This document shows positions 40,401-55,400 of a DNA stretch of 64,000 nt, one piece after another. Below the pieces are notes generated by a model. The model searched no databases. It was not told the origin of the DNA and saw only the letters and a program-made list of their open reading frames with translations. Within the stretch, counting starts at the first letter, position 1, and every line of letters begins with the position of its first letter. Origin of the DNA: Podarcis pityusensis (taxonomy: Eukaryota). The translations under genes and the position numbers were made by a program. Location: assembly GCA_964106645.2 (NCBI GenBank), contig OZ067045.1; one strand, given 5' to 3'.

Positions 40401-43400
40401 AGTGTGAGGTAAGTTAGAAATCTCTTCCCCATGCCCTAGGAAGAAACAGGTTCTAGACCTAGGAGCCAACTCCCAGGGGCCATAGGGGCTTTGGCCCCCG
40501 CAAAGTTGATGGGCATTCCCATTCAAAGGCTGTGTGTGCACTGCGTTATGTGATCAATTATGCGAGGCGGGCCTTACCTTATCTGGGCCCCCACAATATT
40601 TTATTCAAGTTGGCATGGAACCCCTGGTTCTAGAGCAGAATAATGGGGGGGGGGGGTTGGGGGGAGCTACAAGGGGGGGAAGAGGAATAGCCAAAAGATT
40701 CCCATGCCGTTCTGCTGATAGAAGCCTTACCATCATCTGAGTGACACTGTTGATACAACCCAATGTATTTCTGACCATACAGAGGTGCTGTGACAACATA
40801 TTAAACTTTGTGAAGTGTAATATCTGTATTATACAAGATATTTTGGCAGAATATCATTATTTATAAAGTGCACATAAACAACTCAAATTTGCACAGGCAA
40901 TAAGCCGTGGCCTTTGCTTTTTAACAGCAACCCACACAACTATCCATATCAATCAAGTAAGGTGAATGCTGGAAGAAACACAAAGGAATATTCGCCTGAT
41001 TTATAACATGAGCAAAAACTGAACACTCTTCTTTGTAACAGCAGAGAGGTACGCTGGGCGAATGACTCAATATCACGGGGATTTTGTTGGCTCTTGTGCT
41101 CTGCCCCTGGTAAAGTTGTTGCTCTTCTCCCTCACATTACCCTTTCAAAAGCCCTCTAATTAAGTGTAGGCAATTAAATACATTCTTCAAAAGTTAGATC
41201 ACTGAGTGTTTAGAATTTAGTTCCAGAAAGGGTTTCTTTCTTCTCTGTGGGGTAAAAATAAGAATCAGCCCATGTCTAAACATACCTAAATCAAATTGCA
41301 TTTAAGCCATGAGTTCACTTTTTATAGTGATTAAGGACTGATCTTTTTAGCATCTTACAGAATCTGTGACTTCTTACTCTGAGCAAATTCATTTAGGACA
41401 TGTGAGACATATCAGACTTAACAAGTGCATTTCTTGCTTCTCAAATAGTTCAGCCACAATAACCCCTTTGTCAAATGTCTGTCAGTTAGCATGCAGCAAA
41501 TACTTTCAAGTATAACCGGGGTGGGGTGGAAGGAATTAGTGCTACTTTGTTACAGGTTTTGTTACAATCAAACAGTATATACGTTTTGTTAATTAACAAA
41601 CATAAAACATTCTAAAAATGAGGTACACAGAGAATCCAAAAGGTTTAAGAGAAAATCTGGAGATACTTTGACAGACTATTTTAAAGGCTGGAGCGTACAA
41701 ACAATCTTGTATCTATTCACTTATGTTCTACCAATGCACATTTAGAGTTCATCCAGGTGGCAAGAGCAATAATGAAGATGTTTAACAGTCTTTTAGAAGA
41801 ACCTATGCTGGTGTAAATAACTTGGATTCTTAAAATCAGAAGTAATAGCCAGAAACCATTAAAGTATTTTTGTACCAGTGGAATTTGAGCTTGCAAAATA
41901 CAGAAAAGTTTGACTTAAAGAGAAAGGGGAAGATTAAAGGACTGTAGTCTGGTACAGAAGTACCATTCTCAAATTTCCTGTTCACGCTTAGGAAACCAGC
42001 TGTGTGGTGTAGATTCTCACACTCCCTCCATCTCACTTCCCCAGTCTGCTTTCATCACGATGCAGTGTGCCAGCACTAACCATGCTTAGCACTGATTTTT
42101 GCAGGGAGAAAACCAGAAGTGAGAGCTCTGTCTTCTAGTGCTCATTTTTAGAAAGATTTTTACATATGGTTGCCTTAGCCTTTGGGCTTCCTCTGCTCAG
42201 GGAAGAACTACTTTTAAGGTTTGTCAGAATTATAGGGCAGGGCAGTTCACAGGGAGGAGCAAGATTTCCTTTCTGGGAACTATAGCATCATGTCTTGGAA
42301 GAAATAGCAGGAACATTCTGAGCAAGTCAGGAAAAAACAAAGGACAAAAAGTGTCTCTCCCCCCACCCCAGATTGGTACAACTGATATCTTTCTGTGGAT
42401 CACTTGACATGAAACTAGATCGTATCTACTTTAATTCAAGAAACTTGAAATTGTATTGCCCAGGACTTGAGGTTTTTCTTTGGGAAGATTCTCTTCAATC
42501 ATCTTCGTTTATTTAAACAGTCTTAACTGAACTCTCCTACTGAGCTGCTGCTATCTTACCACCCAATATTCTATTTCATATGTAAATTATGCCAAATACC
42601 TTGTTTTTGAGGGAAAGACTCCAAGACTTGATATTACTTGGAAGAACAGGTGCCATGGAAGGAGATAACAAGAGCCTAATACAATGAATTGTTAATATTA
42701 TTTTAAATTTTTGTTACATTTAGGATAAATATATAGAAAGAAGTTCCCTGCTACCACAAGGGATATTTTTGAGGGGTGTGGGAGTTAAATATATATTTTT
42801 GGAAAGGCACAGAGAGCAAAACTACCCACAAAACAGTGCATGCTCTCCACAACCATACTTGTATCAACTAGTTTATCCCCTCAATGCTTACAGTGAGCTG
42901 GAATCACCCCCAGTTAGCAAGGCAGAGAAGTGAATTTTCGACTGAGAAGAGGTCAGTTGCTGTTGCTTTTGGTCCCCATTTTGGATAGCTAATGTGCCAC
43001 AAATGCACACAGCTGGACGAGGGCCCTTTGCCCTGGTTCAGAGGCAAAGTGCATGTTTGCAAGCAGAAGGCTCCATGCTCTATCGTTAGTAGCATCTCTC
43101 GGGAAATGACCAGAAGGATGGCAAGGGCCTCTAGCGGAGTTTTTTAAGAGAAAACCAGTAGACCAACCATCTCACTTGGCATAAGGCAGGTTCACATGAT
43201 TCAGATATTTGAAATATCAGTCATGCTTTTTAAAAAAACGTTTCAATAGCTAATTATTGTTTTAATAAATTAACATGTATACTCAGGCGGGCTATTTATT
43301 TCTGACCTACTTTTTTATTTAAGCTGCACTAATTCTTGAATCACTGGCCAAAGTTGAACTAGTTGAATGGGATAGGGAGAGGTGTACCTCTAAACAGTTA

Positions 43401-46400
43401 ACAGGCAGTCAAATATCATCCTCTTAACTTACCTGCACCCAAACGTTGTTTGCAGCAAAGTTGTGATTCCAACACAGAAGAATATGGTCCCAATCAGCTG
43501 GCTAGTAGCCCACTGGTCAAGTCCAACACACATGGCATCTGCTAGCAAGAAGGGCACTGCTATAGTGCCACTGAAACACGTCAGGTAATGCTGCAAATAC
43601 AGAGGGTTATTTTATTTACAAACATGATATATGATTGCCTTCAGTTTGTTTACACCATTACCATTAGCTAAAGAGCATATTTTTCAAGCGCAATATATTT
43701 CCAAATTGCTTCCGAACAGCCATCAATTAACACCTGCTTAAGGATAAGCAATTTCTAAAAGCAGGACTCAACTGTGAAGACACACGCCATCTGGCAAGAC
43801 CAAAGCAGAAGTGGTGCTGCCTTGCAGCACAAAGCAAAGTAGAAGCGAGAAGACCACAAACAATGCAATAGGTTGTTAAATGCCATCTGGAGAGCACAGC
43901 ATCACCACTCCCTAAGGAATTAAGTCTCGATGCAGAACTTCACTTGGGATAGATTCCTGCCAAGGGTTAGGAAATGCCAGTGTAAAATAAAATCAGCAGG
44001 TATATATTATACTACCAAGAAACCTTACTGAAAAGTATTGTTTTCTGTAGTGTGGATATGGTAAATAAACAATGGGGAGGGGGCCATAGCTCAGTTGTAA
44101 AGTGCCTGCTCCGTATGCAGAAGGATCAGCCGCTGGCATCTCAGGTAGCATTGACAGGAACTGTCCAAGACCCTGGAGAGCTGCTAACAGTCTATGAAGA
44201 CTAAGAGACTGATTTTGTATAATGACTTGGAGCAGAACCACTGCACAGAAACTATGGAAACCTCACTCTCCAAGTGTCCCTATTTTCCAGGGATGTCCCT
44301 GATTTAGAGATGCCATCCTGGTTTCTGATTTGATCCCAGAACGTCCCACTTTTCCTTAGGATGTCCCTATTTTCATTGGAGAAATGTTGGAGGGCATGGA
44401 GTTATCCAACCCCCTAGCCGTCTGAAGGCAATCCTGTATAGGGAAGTTCTTTAAATGTTGAATGATTTATTATGTTTTTGTACATGTTGGAAGCTGCCCA
44501 GAGCGCTGGGGTAACCCAATAAGATGTCTGGGGTATAAATAGTAAAATTATCATTATGGAATGGGACGTCCCTATATTCATCAGAGTAATGTTGGAGGGT
44601 ATGAAGTCATTCTTTAAAAAATTAAGGATATAGAAGCATACAATTGAATGGGTCAGACAGAATCTTGGAGGTCATCCAGTTCAGTTCCCTGCCAAGTGCA
44701 GGATCTGGAACATAATTTGAAGATTTATATGTGAGATTGTAATGGGGATAATCAATGAATTGTTATCTCCATCCTTCATTTCTGCCTGATTGCGAGATTC
44801 TGGGAAACTTGGCTCTCAGGATAGCGGTGCTGTATAAGTTATAAATTGACAAACTCCCAAAGTCTTACTACATAATAAATGGCAAATGTTCCTATATATT
44901 CAAAGGGCATGGTCCTTCACTGCAAAAATGAAGCACTCAAAAGCACAGTTTAATAAAAAATTTACAAACATACTGGAAAGCATATTTTCTTTAGAAATGC
45001 CTTGATACCAAGAGCAGAACTCCTGGGCATGGGGGAAATTGAGTTTGTGGGCCAGCAGGCTTATCAGTTAGAAAGGACCTAGTGATCCTACTGATCAGTA
45101 CAGGATCTACAATTCAGAAGTCAGTGACAGACAGCCATCCAGACTTTGCCTAAATGCCTCTAGTGCAGGAGAGTCCACCAGCTGCCAAAGCAGTCTGCAT
45201 TACTGCCAAACAGTTCCTAAGGTTTAGTCGGAATCTGCTTGGAAGTCCTGCCCTGGAGCAACAGATAACACAGCTGTTCCACCTTACATGACAGTCCTTC
45301 AGATACTGTCATGTCCACAACTTAATCTTTCTTCTTCAGGCTACTACACCTACCCTGGTCTTTCAACCTTTCCTCATAGGACCAGAAACAGAACTGCAGG
45401 CAAAGGATCCTTGGGTCTTTTCTCTTGAACTACACACACAGGGATCCCTTCAGCAGGACCAGATCGATGACAGTATAGTCCCTGCAGCACACAAATGAAA
45501 TGGCACTTCTTTCCCAGGCTACAGGAGCAATGGGAAGTTCTGCTGCACAAGACCCAATGACTTGAATGGAAACTTTGCAAAAGCATTACTATGACCTTCC
45601 AAAGCTTCCATTTGTTTCAATAGGGCTTGTTCTGTTCTTTAGTCAGGTCTGTATCTCTCCTACTTGATGCTCTTAAATACATCTTAAGACCTGCTGCCTG
45701 AGGTAGCCACCTCATTTTGACCCCTAGTGGAGCCACCTCTGCTTCTAAAATACCTCATTTTGGCTACAAGGCTGTGCAGACTACAGTACCAAAATTCCCA
45801 GGAACACCCGTTGGTAGAACAGCAGTACAAGATTATGGGTTGTATTTAGAATTCCCAAATTAATGCTCCAAGTGCACCTAGCAATGGGGCAAACCAATGT
45901 GGACCTTTGGGGTAAAGAACTGCCTATATAAGCAGTAGGACAAACATTTCCAGAGGCTCCAGAAATATTTTTGCCCTCTCCAGTGTACCAATATGCTACT
46001 GTTGCATTGAAGTACTGTGAAAGCAGAGCTGGCTTCTCACCTTCTGAGCTTCAGCAATTAAAATTCAGAGAACTAGGACCAAAGAGAAAACTGACTGTAA
46101 GCCAACATCAGTTCTTGAAATCTTTCATTCCTGTGTTGCTTGCCTGCATTAGTTAAAGCTTTTTTCCCTGCTGAATAATACTTAAAATATTAAATATAGC
46201 ACAGTAGGAATAACGAGAGCACCATATTTTTCTCACAATATGTACCTGTAATCCCAAGAATATGCAGAGGTACCAGGGAGGAACATCTTCAATTGTGTAT
46301 ATCATGTCCGTTCTTTGGGCGTCCAAGCTTCCGCTGCTATCTAGTGTCTCCGCCAGTGAACTCTGTTAAAAACAGATCAAGCAGTGGAAACAAATAATTA

Positions 46401-49400
46401 GTAATTAAGTATTATGGAAGAATGCACCAGTTCAATATGCAACATGGTTACGAGAGCACATTTGACAAGATCTGTGCCCTGTTTCAAAGCAGCATCAATA
46501 CACACACTTAAAAAGCAAGATCTTTTAGCTTTCAAGTAATCTGTTGCACTTAGTATGCAAGAGATATGTACACACACACACTCACCCTTTCATATAAGCA
46601 ACCTCTTCCCTTTGCCTACAAGCAGGGCATTATACCCTTCTTGTAATATAACCATGGCACATTACGCCAAAAAGATTATGATGGCCAATTGGATTACACA
46701 AACAAATAGAGCATGAGGAACACCAAATCACATATCATCAGGAAAGGGGCGTTTAAGAATAAATATAGTAATAATGGCAAACCTTGCATAAGAGACCAAG
46801 ATTTCACAATTCATGGTACAAATACTACTTACTACAATGGATGTATTCCTTTCAGTACACATAGCTGAATTTTCAGTGAGTTAGACTCAAATCAGGGTTG
46901 CATTAGAATTTAGACAAGACACAACAGGATGAAAAGTTTGACCACACTTACTAGAGCAAGAGATAAAACAATGGTTCCCTTTATAGGCCCAATGTGAAAA
47001 AAATCCAGCATAAAAATAAAGTTTCTAGACTCCACAACATTTGAAAGCATCATGGTAAAAACTGCTCAAGGATCAAACATTAAGACACTGAGAAGAAGCC
47101 AAATATGCTGGTCTTTCTGTAATTGTAAGTATCAAGGCCATACATTGTCCAATATTTTTCAAGCATTCACTGAGGTCTTTCATATTTCATAGCAATAATT
47201 TGTAAAGCCAAGAGCGCTGAGTTGGCTCCCTTGTAATTCTGGCAACTACAATGTTTCTATGAATAGTAAGCAAAAATGTGAAAAATCAGCAACACTGATG
47301 ATATCGTCAGGTTTACTCATGACACGTTTCTGATTCACCCCCTCATTGCTAGCTGCTCTTCTTATTCCAATGCAGGGTAAATAATTACAGTAGACAGCCA
47401 CAACCTGTGCTGTAGAATCTTGGTCTTTTGCTGGTGGATCACTAATGTGAGCCACATGGGCAATGGCCCACAACCACAGAGAGCAGACAGAGGAGGACAG
47501 AGGAAGGAACAGATTTAGGCATTTATTTATTCGATTTATATCCTGCCCTTCCCCCAATTCAGCAAATAGACAAATACAGTGAAGCTAAACTATATACAGT
47601 GAAACTAAACACACAACTAAAACATAGGCATCAGATTAGGAATAAAGGCATGGGTAGGCAAACTAAGGCCCGGGGGCCGGATCCAGCCCAATCGCCTCCT
47701 CAATCCGGCCCACAGACAGTCCGGGAATCAGCGTGTTTTTACATGAGTAGAATGTGTCCTTTTATTTAAAATGAATCTCTGGGTTATTTATGAGGCCTGC
47801 CTGGTGTTTTTTCATCAGTAGAATGTATGCTTTTATTTAAAATGCATCTCTGGGTTATTTGTGGGGCATAGGAATTTGTTCCTTCCCCCCCCCCTTTTCA
47901 AAATATAGTCCGGCCCCCACAAGGTCTGAGGGACAGTGGACCGGCCGCCTGCTGAGAAAGTTTGCTGACCCCTGCATAAAAGGGTCTAAAAGGTCTGAAG
48001 TGGTTGTTCAGCTTACATCAGTGGTTCCCAAAGAGGGTAGTAGCATCCCTTGGGGGCCAGTGGGATCACTCAGGGGCTACTAAGAGGCAGAAGGGTGCCA
48101 GAAGTGCAAACGACTATCAGACTGGCCACACTGGATCAAGTGCATCAGTTTTGTTGAATTAATTACAGTAAATACAGTAAACAGTTTAAATTGGATTCTG
48201 AATAAATGAACAACTGGTTGTTACTGTTTTGAATTTCACTGTGTTTTTCTCTTCCTTATTGGGTTGTGCAAACCGCCCTTCTAAATAATGCTTTTTATAG
48301 GGTATCAGGCACTGGAGATGAATTTATGGAACCAAGGGGGCGGTGGCCCAAAAAATGTTTGGGAACCACTGGCCTAGCTCTATCCACAGAAGTCATTTTA
48401 AATATTTGTTAAGAGATACTTTTTATTGGCCACACCCGGGAGGATGTTTTCAATTTACCAATCTCAGTGGAAAGAAGGGCTTGTATAACTACCATGCTGA
48501 CTTGAATCCATATTTGGCTGATTATTTATATTTGGTTGTTGAACAGGAGACCCAAAACCAATCCTTTTTTTCTAAAAAAAATGTTTAGGGGTACTCTCAT
48601 TTTCCTACTCATATTGAAAAACTGCCCCTCAATAAGGCCAAACTTGGGTTCACAAAATGCTTAGGGGTATGCGAACCCCTGCGTCCCACCAGAAAAAAGC
48701 ACTGCCCAAAACCAAACCCATTTACTCGTCAATGTTCTGTTTAGTATGAGAGAGAATAATTGAAACTACAGCAGATGAATTTTTATTTCCACTCCAGTGC
48801 CAATTTAATAACAAAACACATACTTCTGTAAAAGGCAATGGAGAGTTCCTTTGTTTTGTTTTGACGGGAACTTTAAGTTCTCCCTGTGGTTGTGATTTCA
48901 ACCATGACAACTCAACCCTGAGCACAGCATGGCTGACATCAGTTGAACTGAATGAGATGCCAATGAAGGAAAACGGCTTGTTATGCAGGATAGTTACACC
49001 TAGTTGTACTAATGCCAGATTTCTCAAAGCTGCATGTGGCAGGGAGCAGGCAATCTTGTCAGATCTGTGGAACACTCCTCACAGAGCTCCTGCCTACAGG
49101 GAGGTTCTCCCATTCTCCCTCTCCTGGGACACAGTCACTGACAGCGAGACTGGTAGTAAGAGAAGAGGGTGCAGAAGGCCTATGTTCTTAACGTCTTTCA
49201 ACTACCATGCCTTCTCACAGGACTCCTTTTGTGTGTAGAGAAGAAGAGAGGTGTGGTTGAAGGCAAACATCCATGAGTGGGACGTCATAGACCTGATGGA
49301 AGCTGTTCCAACTTGCCAAAGATCAAACAAACAAAGCAGAATTTGGGGTTGTGTGATGACAGAAGAGCCCATTCCAAAAGGGATGTACATTTATTGTATT

Positions 49401-52400
49401 TGGAAACGGCTCTACAGTTAAGCTTATGAGAATACAGAATGTATTTCAAGGCTACACCCTTCTAAGGGAGCAGTAGGAAGAAGACAGAAAGAAGCTTGGC
49501 TCATCCCAACACATGGCTCAAAAATGCCAACAACATTTCCCCAAAAATAACTGATCAAGAACTAGACTCTCATAACTCATGCAGTGTAGCCTAAGGGGTA
49601 AAAGCAACCTAAATAAACACTTTCAAGAGAAGCTCTAGCTCAGTCTCCAGCAAACATGTCTTCAGTGCTGAATAATCAGGAAAACTAAAGGAAGAGGGGA
49701 TCAAGACCATACACACCCCATAACTTAAAGCTTCCTCAGGAAGGATTTGAGAAGCAAAAATTCCAGGAGGCCTAGAGCACTATTTACCAATTCAGTGTAA
49801 AGGAGCACAGAACCTTTGCAGTCTGTCTTACAGCCCACCCAGGATGCACATTTCGGTTGAAACATGGCAGGAGGAAGAACTCAAGCCCCCTCCCCAAAAG
49901 AAAATCATTTCGGGAGTTCTGATTCTCATTCTGAGGACAATATCTTAGGTCCTAAGAAAAGGTAAGAAAATTAGCAAAAGTACATTTCCTACCACCCCCT
50001 CCAAGCTTCCCCCAGTGCTTCCCTAGAAGGTCTAGCCCTCCCCATGAACAACATGGGATGAAGGAAGGCTACTGGGGGAGGGGAAGAAATCAAACAAAAT
50101 CAGACGTGGATCCTAAGGTAACACAGGGAAGGTTTTCTATCCCCATCTCTCTCTTGCAGTCCCCACACCTCATCCATATAATTCAGGCTGGTCCTCCAAC
50201 ATGCTCCCCACCTGCCCAAGGCTTTTCAGGGAGGAGGGCAAGATGTCAAACTTCCCTTCTGTGAACTTGCTTAAGATTTTAGGATCCTAACCTATGGCTG
50301 TATCAGGAGCTCTGCTGAAGATGGGAGCACAAAAGTGGCTTGGTTTGAACATAATTGTCCAAACTCTACCCAGTGGCTTAACTTTATTATGTTTGGTCTA
50401 AAGCCAGGGTTTGTTGTTGGCTCAGGAACCTTGGTGTGCTTTCGTATAAGGTTTTGTGTTACATGCAAACCCATCGCCCTTCCTTCACCATGGTTTCTTT
50501 GCACACCTCAGATGGTAACCAAGATACAAAGAGAAGATGAAAAAACAAAACAAACTTTTGAAAAGCAAGCCATGGTTGTTTGATCATCTGTGGGACAACT
50601 CATAGGTGCTTTGTGCTTTGTTAAACAAACTCTGTGCGTAACAGGCTAATGACATGCGTTTTCTAAACCATTTTCAAGAACATTTTCCACTTGTCTAAAA
50701 CCAATGGAGATCCAAGTTAGCATGCTTGACGAAACCTTTTTTTTTTTACATAAACAAAGTTTAAACATTAAAGTCAATGAAACTTAGAGTGATGTGTTAA
50801 TTTTATCTGTTGTAGAAATATCTGAATTAGAAGCAAAGAGCATTAATTTAGCAAGCAGTTAGTACAGAAGCAAAATAGTGTTAGTTATGCTACATAAAAA
50901 CATTATGAAGACGGGTTTCTACAGCTTTTCTGTGACCCCCACATTTGCTGAGACCCGCCCCCCCCACTCCTAGTAGCCAAAAGTAACTGAACTAAATTGT
51001 TGGAAACTGTTTTACTAGAAAACATGTAAATATTTTAAGGCATGACAGTTTAATAGTATGCACTTCCTTTATATTTAGATATTAAGCGATTTTTAAAAAC
51101 AAAGTATCAAATTCTAATGAGGTGTGCGTGTAAATATCAGTTCCGTAGAGACACTTGAAGAAAAAAAGAGTTACAGCTTTGATTTTTCAGTCTGACCAGC
51201 ACTGTACCCATTGCTGTTTCCCAATCTTACTTGTAATACATAAGCCTGCTAATTAATTTTATGAAAACAATGCCTTTCTAAAACTGGATATTTCCTGCAT
51301 GAAAAATGCAGGAGTTTCCTACTCTTCCTCACATCACAGGGAACAAGCAGGCTTGTGTAGGAAGAGCTGATGAGTGATAGGATGTGGGAGACCTTTGTTC
51401 AAAATAAGAATGATAACATAGATCTATCACAAAGGCAGCAGACCCAGCATTAAGGTAGCAGCTGCAGTATCAGCAGATGTGCTGCTTCTGTCCTACGAGT
51501 CAGACTGAAGACCAAGCAAATATATTACTTAACCGATATCAGATAGTCAAAATATGTGTCTTGGAATCCGGAGTCCAGTAACCCAGTTGTATAACTTTAT
51601 CCTATTAGTTACACATGCTGCAGTTGCCTAATCCCCTTATGATTGCCACCACCCACAATCCTGGAAGTCTAGGTGGTCCAACTTTGGCACCGTTCCCCTT
51701 GCATCTCCCTGGCTGCCAACATTAATCTCTGAAACAAAGGTGGCATTAAAAACAGAAACGCTCAGTCATTTTGCCTTCTTGAATAAGCTCAGTGTTTATA
51801 GCTGGACCCTGGAAAAAGGAGGTTTGTGCAACAAGACAACTGCAGCTATAGTAAAACTGATTATCAAAACATCTACTTCAGCCCACACAAATGAGGGAAA
51901 TTATGTACAATCCTAAAATCCACTGGTAAATTATGAAGGCCCAAAACATGAAAGTTTTCAAGTACAGTCTTTCCAAAAGATGCTTTCACTCTAAGAATTA
52001 TCAATGTTCCCTTAATCAAAGAAACCTGTCTTTAACACTTCATCTAAATTATGGAAGGATAGAAAATAAGGGAAATTAAATTAGTTAAAAGGTAATCAGT
52101 GATAATAACCAGCCCCTGCCAACCTAGCAGTTCGAAAGCACCCCCGGGTGCAAGTAGATAAATAGGGACCGCTTACTAGCGGGAAGGTAAACGGCGTTCC
52201 GTGTGCTGCGCTGGCTCGCCAGATGCAGCTTGTCACGCTGGCCACGTGACCCGGAAGTGTCTGCAGACAGCGCTGGCTCCCGGCCTCTAGAGTGAGATGA
52301 GCGCACAACCCTAGAGTCTGTCAAGACTGGCCCGTACGGGCAGGGGTACCTTTACCTTTACCTTAATCAGTGATAATGTCCCTCCCCCATTTTTTCCATC

Positions 52401-55400
52401 CTGTATCTTTTCTCTAACTCAAACTGCAAATTTCAAAGCATTTATAAACTCTTTAAAAAGCAAAGGGGGTGGGAACGTGATGCTGAAACTCCCCCATCTA
52501 ATACTATACTATATAAAATAAAGAAAGCTGATTCTCAGCTTATTTTTTCTTTTAAATGTAGTTCCAAAAGATTCTTTATGAATCCAGCAGGCCTTGAAGG
52601 AAACCAGATAATCTTACCTCTCATTTTAAATATTGCAACAAGGAATTGCACAGAGGGAAGTGTGTGATAGCAAAAAATCAATTTATTAAGGTTCGGGGGG
52701 GGGGGAGTTCTGTGAAATGAAACTTGCTTCCTTGTTTTTTATATTTCCCTGTCTTGCTGAAATATTTTCCAGTCTGCAAAAACCTGAATACGGCAAAGTA
52801 AATTTCTTTGGTAGACTACACAAGCTGCTTAATTAATTTTGTAAGCAGAATTTATGGGTTTTACTGTTATCTAAAGACATTGCCTTGAAGTCTTAACAAA
52901 AGACATGGATAATGTCAGGGAACCACAAGGACAAAGAACAAGCAAAATTAGTAGAAATGTCAAGATGAGGAGAACAAGAGAAGAGTGAAGAGCTTCCACA
53001 GGATTGTCAAGGTCTCTTCATAACTGCTTGTCAGGATACTGATTACTGAATCCAGGGTGTGTCCCTTGAGAAACTATACCTTCCACTGATAGATATTGTT
53101 AGTGAGATGGGAAAAGCACTGTCTGTAAATGTTTGGAAGACTGTGCCATACAACCAACCATCACATGGTAATAATAAGAATTATGCAATAAACAGGATTT
53201 CATGAATCAGATTTATTGTTCATCATGATTGACCTAGAATATGCAACAATGCTGCTCCACACTTTATCTTTCATTCTGAGTTAGTGGTAGCGGTGAACTT
53301 TTTCCCAGCTATGCTGCCTGCCACAAGCCAGAGAAGATACAAGAAGGTTATGAACAAACAGATAAATTTCTGTAACCTTAAAACACCATTACAGCCTCCA
53401 CCTTGATTCTCCAGGCAATTTCCCATCATCTCCACACACTACCAGCACTCAAGCTCTCCTCCTGGCAGTCACTGAGTTACCTTCCCATGGCTTCCCTCCA
53501 AAAATACTCCAAGTGATCACCTGGAGATCACCTCAGCGTGTGTGAAGCATCCCGAGCTGAGCAAATGAGTTACTTTGGCTGCACCAGAGCCAATCTTAGA
53601 ATCTACTCCAGAAAGATACCTTTTCAGCAATTCCATTTTCAGTTGTATAGATTGCCATAAGCTCTGTATCTTCTGTATCTTGATCGCCACTTGATGTAGC
53701 TCCACCATTCATTACAACCTATGAAAAAGAAAAAGGAATTAATATATAAAAATAGTTGCTACAGATTTTCAAATAAATGTATCCTCTAGGGCAGTGTTTT
53801 TCAACCACTGTTCCGCGGCACACTAGTGTGCCGCGAGATGTTGCCTGGTGTGCCGTGGGAAAAATTGAAAAATTCGAAAGATTTTTTTTAAAAAAAAACA
53901 TTCACATTTTCGCCCACTAGGCGGGCGCCAGACTGCGTCCTGGGTATGGGGGGGTGGGGTTTTTGACCCCACCCTCGGCCAGCAGGGGCGCCGATTGGCG
54001 CTCCTCAGGGGGACACCCTCCACTTTTCTGATGTCCGGGCTGTGATTGGTCCAGACTCCAGCCTGGACCTATCACAGTAGGACATCATCTTCCGACTTCC
54101 TTCCCGCCCGAGCACAGTGTGCGCAGCAGCGGAGAAAAGAAGACGTCGCGACTCGAGTCACCAGGAGGACCGGAGAAGTTGTCATTTTATTTCTCTTCAG
54201 TCTCCACTGAATGCCTTGACTGGGTTAGGGACCCTTATAGCTCAGCATCAGTTGGTGGAAAGGACATGACTTTACAGGAGCAGGAGGAACTAACTGAACT
54301 GAGACAAAATCGTGGTTTCAAGCTAAGATTTGCTGATCTACCTTTGGACAGTTTTTGGTTGGATACTGCCAAGGAGTTCCCCCTTCTGGCAAACAACGCT
54401 ATTTTGACATTGCTCCCATTTTCCACTACGTATCTGTGTGAGATGAGCTTTTCAAGCATGATTGCTATAAAAACTAAATACAGAGAGAGACTGAGAGCTG
54501 TTGACGAAGAGCTACGTGTGTGTCTTTCTTCGATTCCAGCCAGAATATCAGCTTTGTGTTCAGCCAAACAGGCCCAGGTTGCACACTGAATAAAGTATTT
54601 TATAATTTTTCATATTTCTGTTTACTTACTATTTCACAATAAAGTAATTATAAAATACTTTCTTTGTGTTTATTTGATTCCTATTCAAGAGAATTACTAT
54701 ATATATAGTCAATATAGGCACAGAGTTACATTTTTTAACATTTTCTAATGGTGGTGTGCCTCGTGATTTTTTTCATGAAACAAGTGTGCCTTTGCCCAAA
54801 AAAGGTTGAAAAACACTGCTCTAGGGCAAGCGCAGGAATTATTATTCTCAACGAAGAGCGCAACATTTTCAACGTACTGAATTCATCGAGAGCCAACTCT
54901 CATCAGCTTGAGTCAGCTGATGTACAAGCAAAAAAAGTGCAGGTAAAAGCACTGAAACCACTTGCTGCTGCAGCATGCAGCTCTCTTCATGCCATGAAGT
55001 CACATGAGCCTCCTAGGAAGGGAGGCTGGCCGGAAGAGGCAGAGAGAGCTGGCTGCTGGTGCTGCAGCAAGTGTGCCCAGCACTTTGACTTGTGCAATGT
55101 TTATTTTTCTTCGAAGGCCTTTGGCCATTTCATAAAGGAAAAGAAGATAAGCACTGTCCTATCCCCACCGGCCCAAAACCAGACAAAATATTATCTGAAC
55201 TTCATTTTCACCTCACTGATTTTTAGGGCATGTTTGGGTTTACTCCCCTCCCTTAACCGCGGGTGGGGGAGCTATTGAAAGACTTGGCACAGTACTAGAC
55301 AGAACAAGAATACTGCAGAATAAGCACAGGACCCGTCAACAGTATTTTATCAGTTAAAAGAGATATACACATTATGCCACAACAGGAAACAAAATGTACA

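Noticed and set aside
44077-44225. tRNA-like sequences (also at 13875, 24600 and 43020)
   Set aside because: Degenerate SINE heads with no complete cloverleaf.
47730-47870. Direct repeats that might suggest a CRISPR-like array (also 58795-58935)
   Set aside because: Two ~63-bp internal repeats of a hAT MITE with no unique spacers; eukaryotic context.
53611-53619. Donor GTATCTTT resembling a U12 5' splice site
   Set aside because: It mismatches GTATCCTT, and no properly spaced TCCTTAAC branch site precedes the 46363 acceptor; a U2 intron is more likely.
54119-54589. Possible domesticated transposase gene (ZBED/FAM200-like)
   Set aside because: Only the C-terminal fragment is present, there is no ATG start, and it is bounded by perfect TIRs and a TSD, so it is a transposon deletion derivative.
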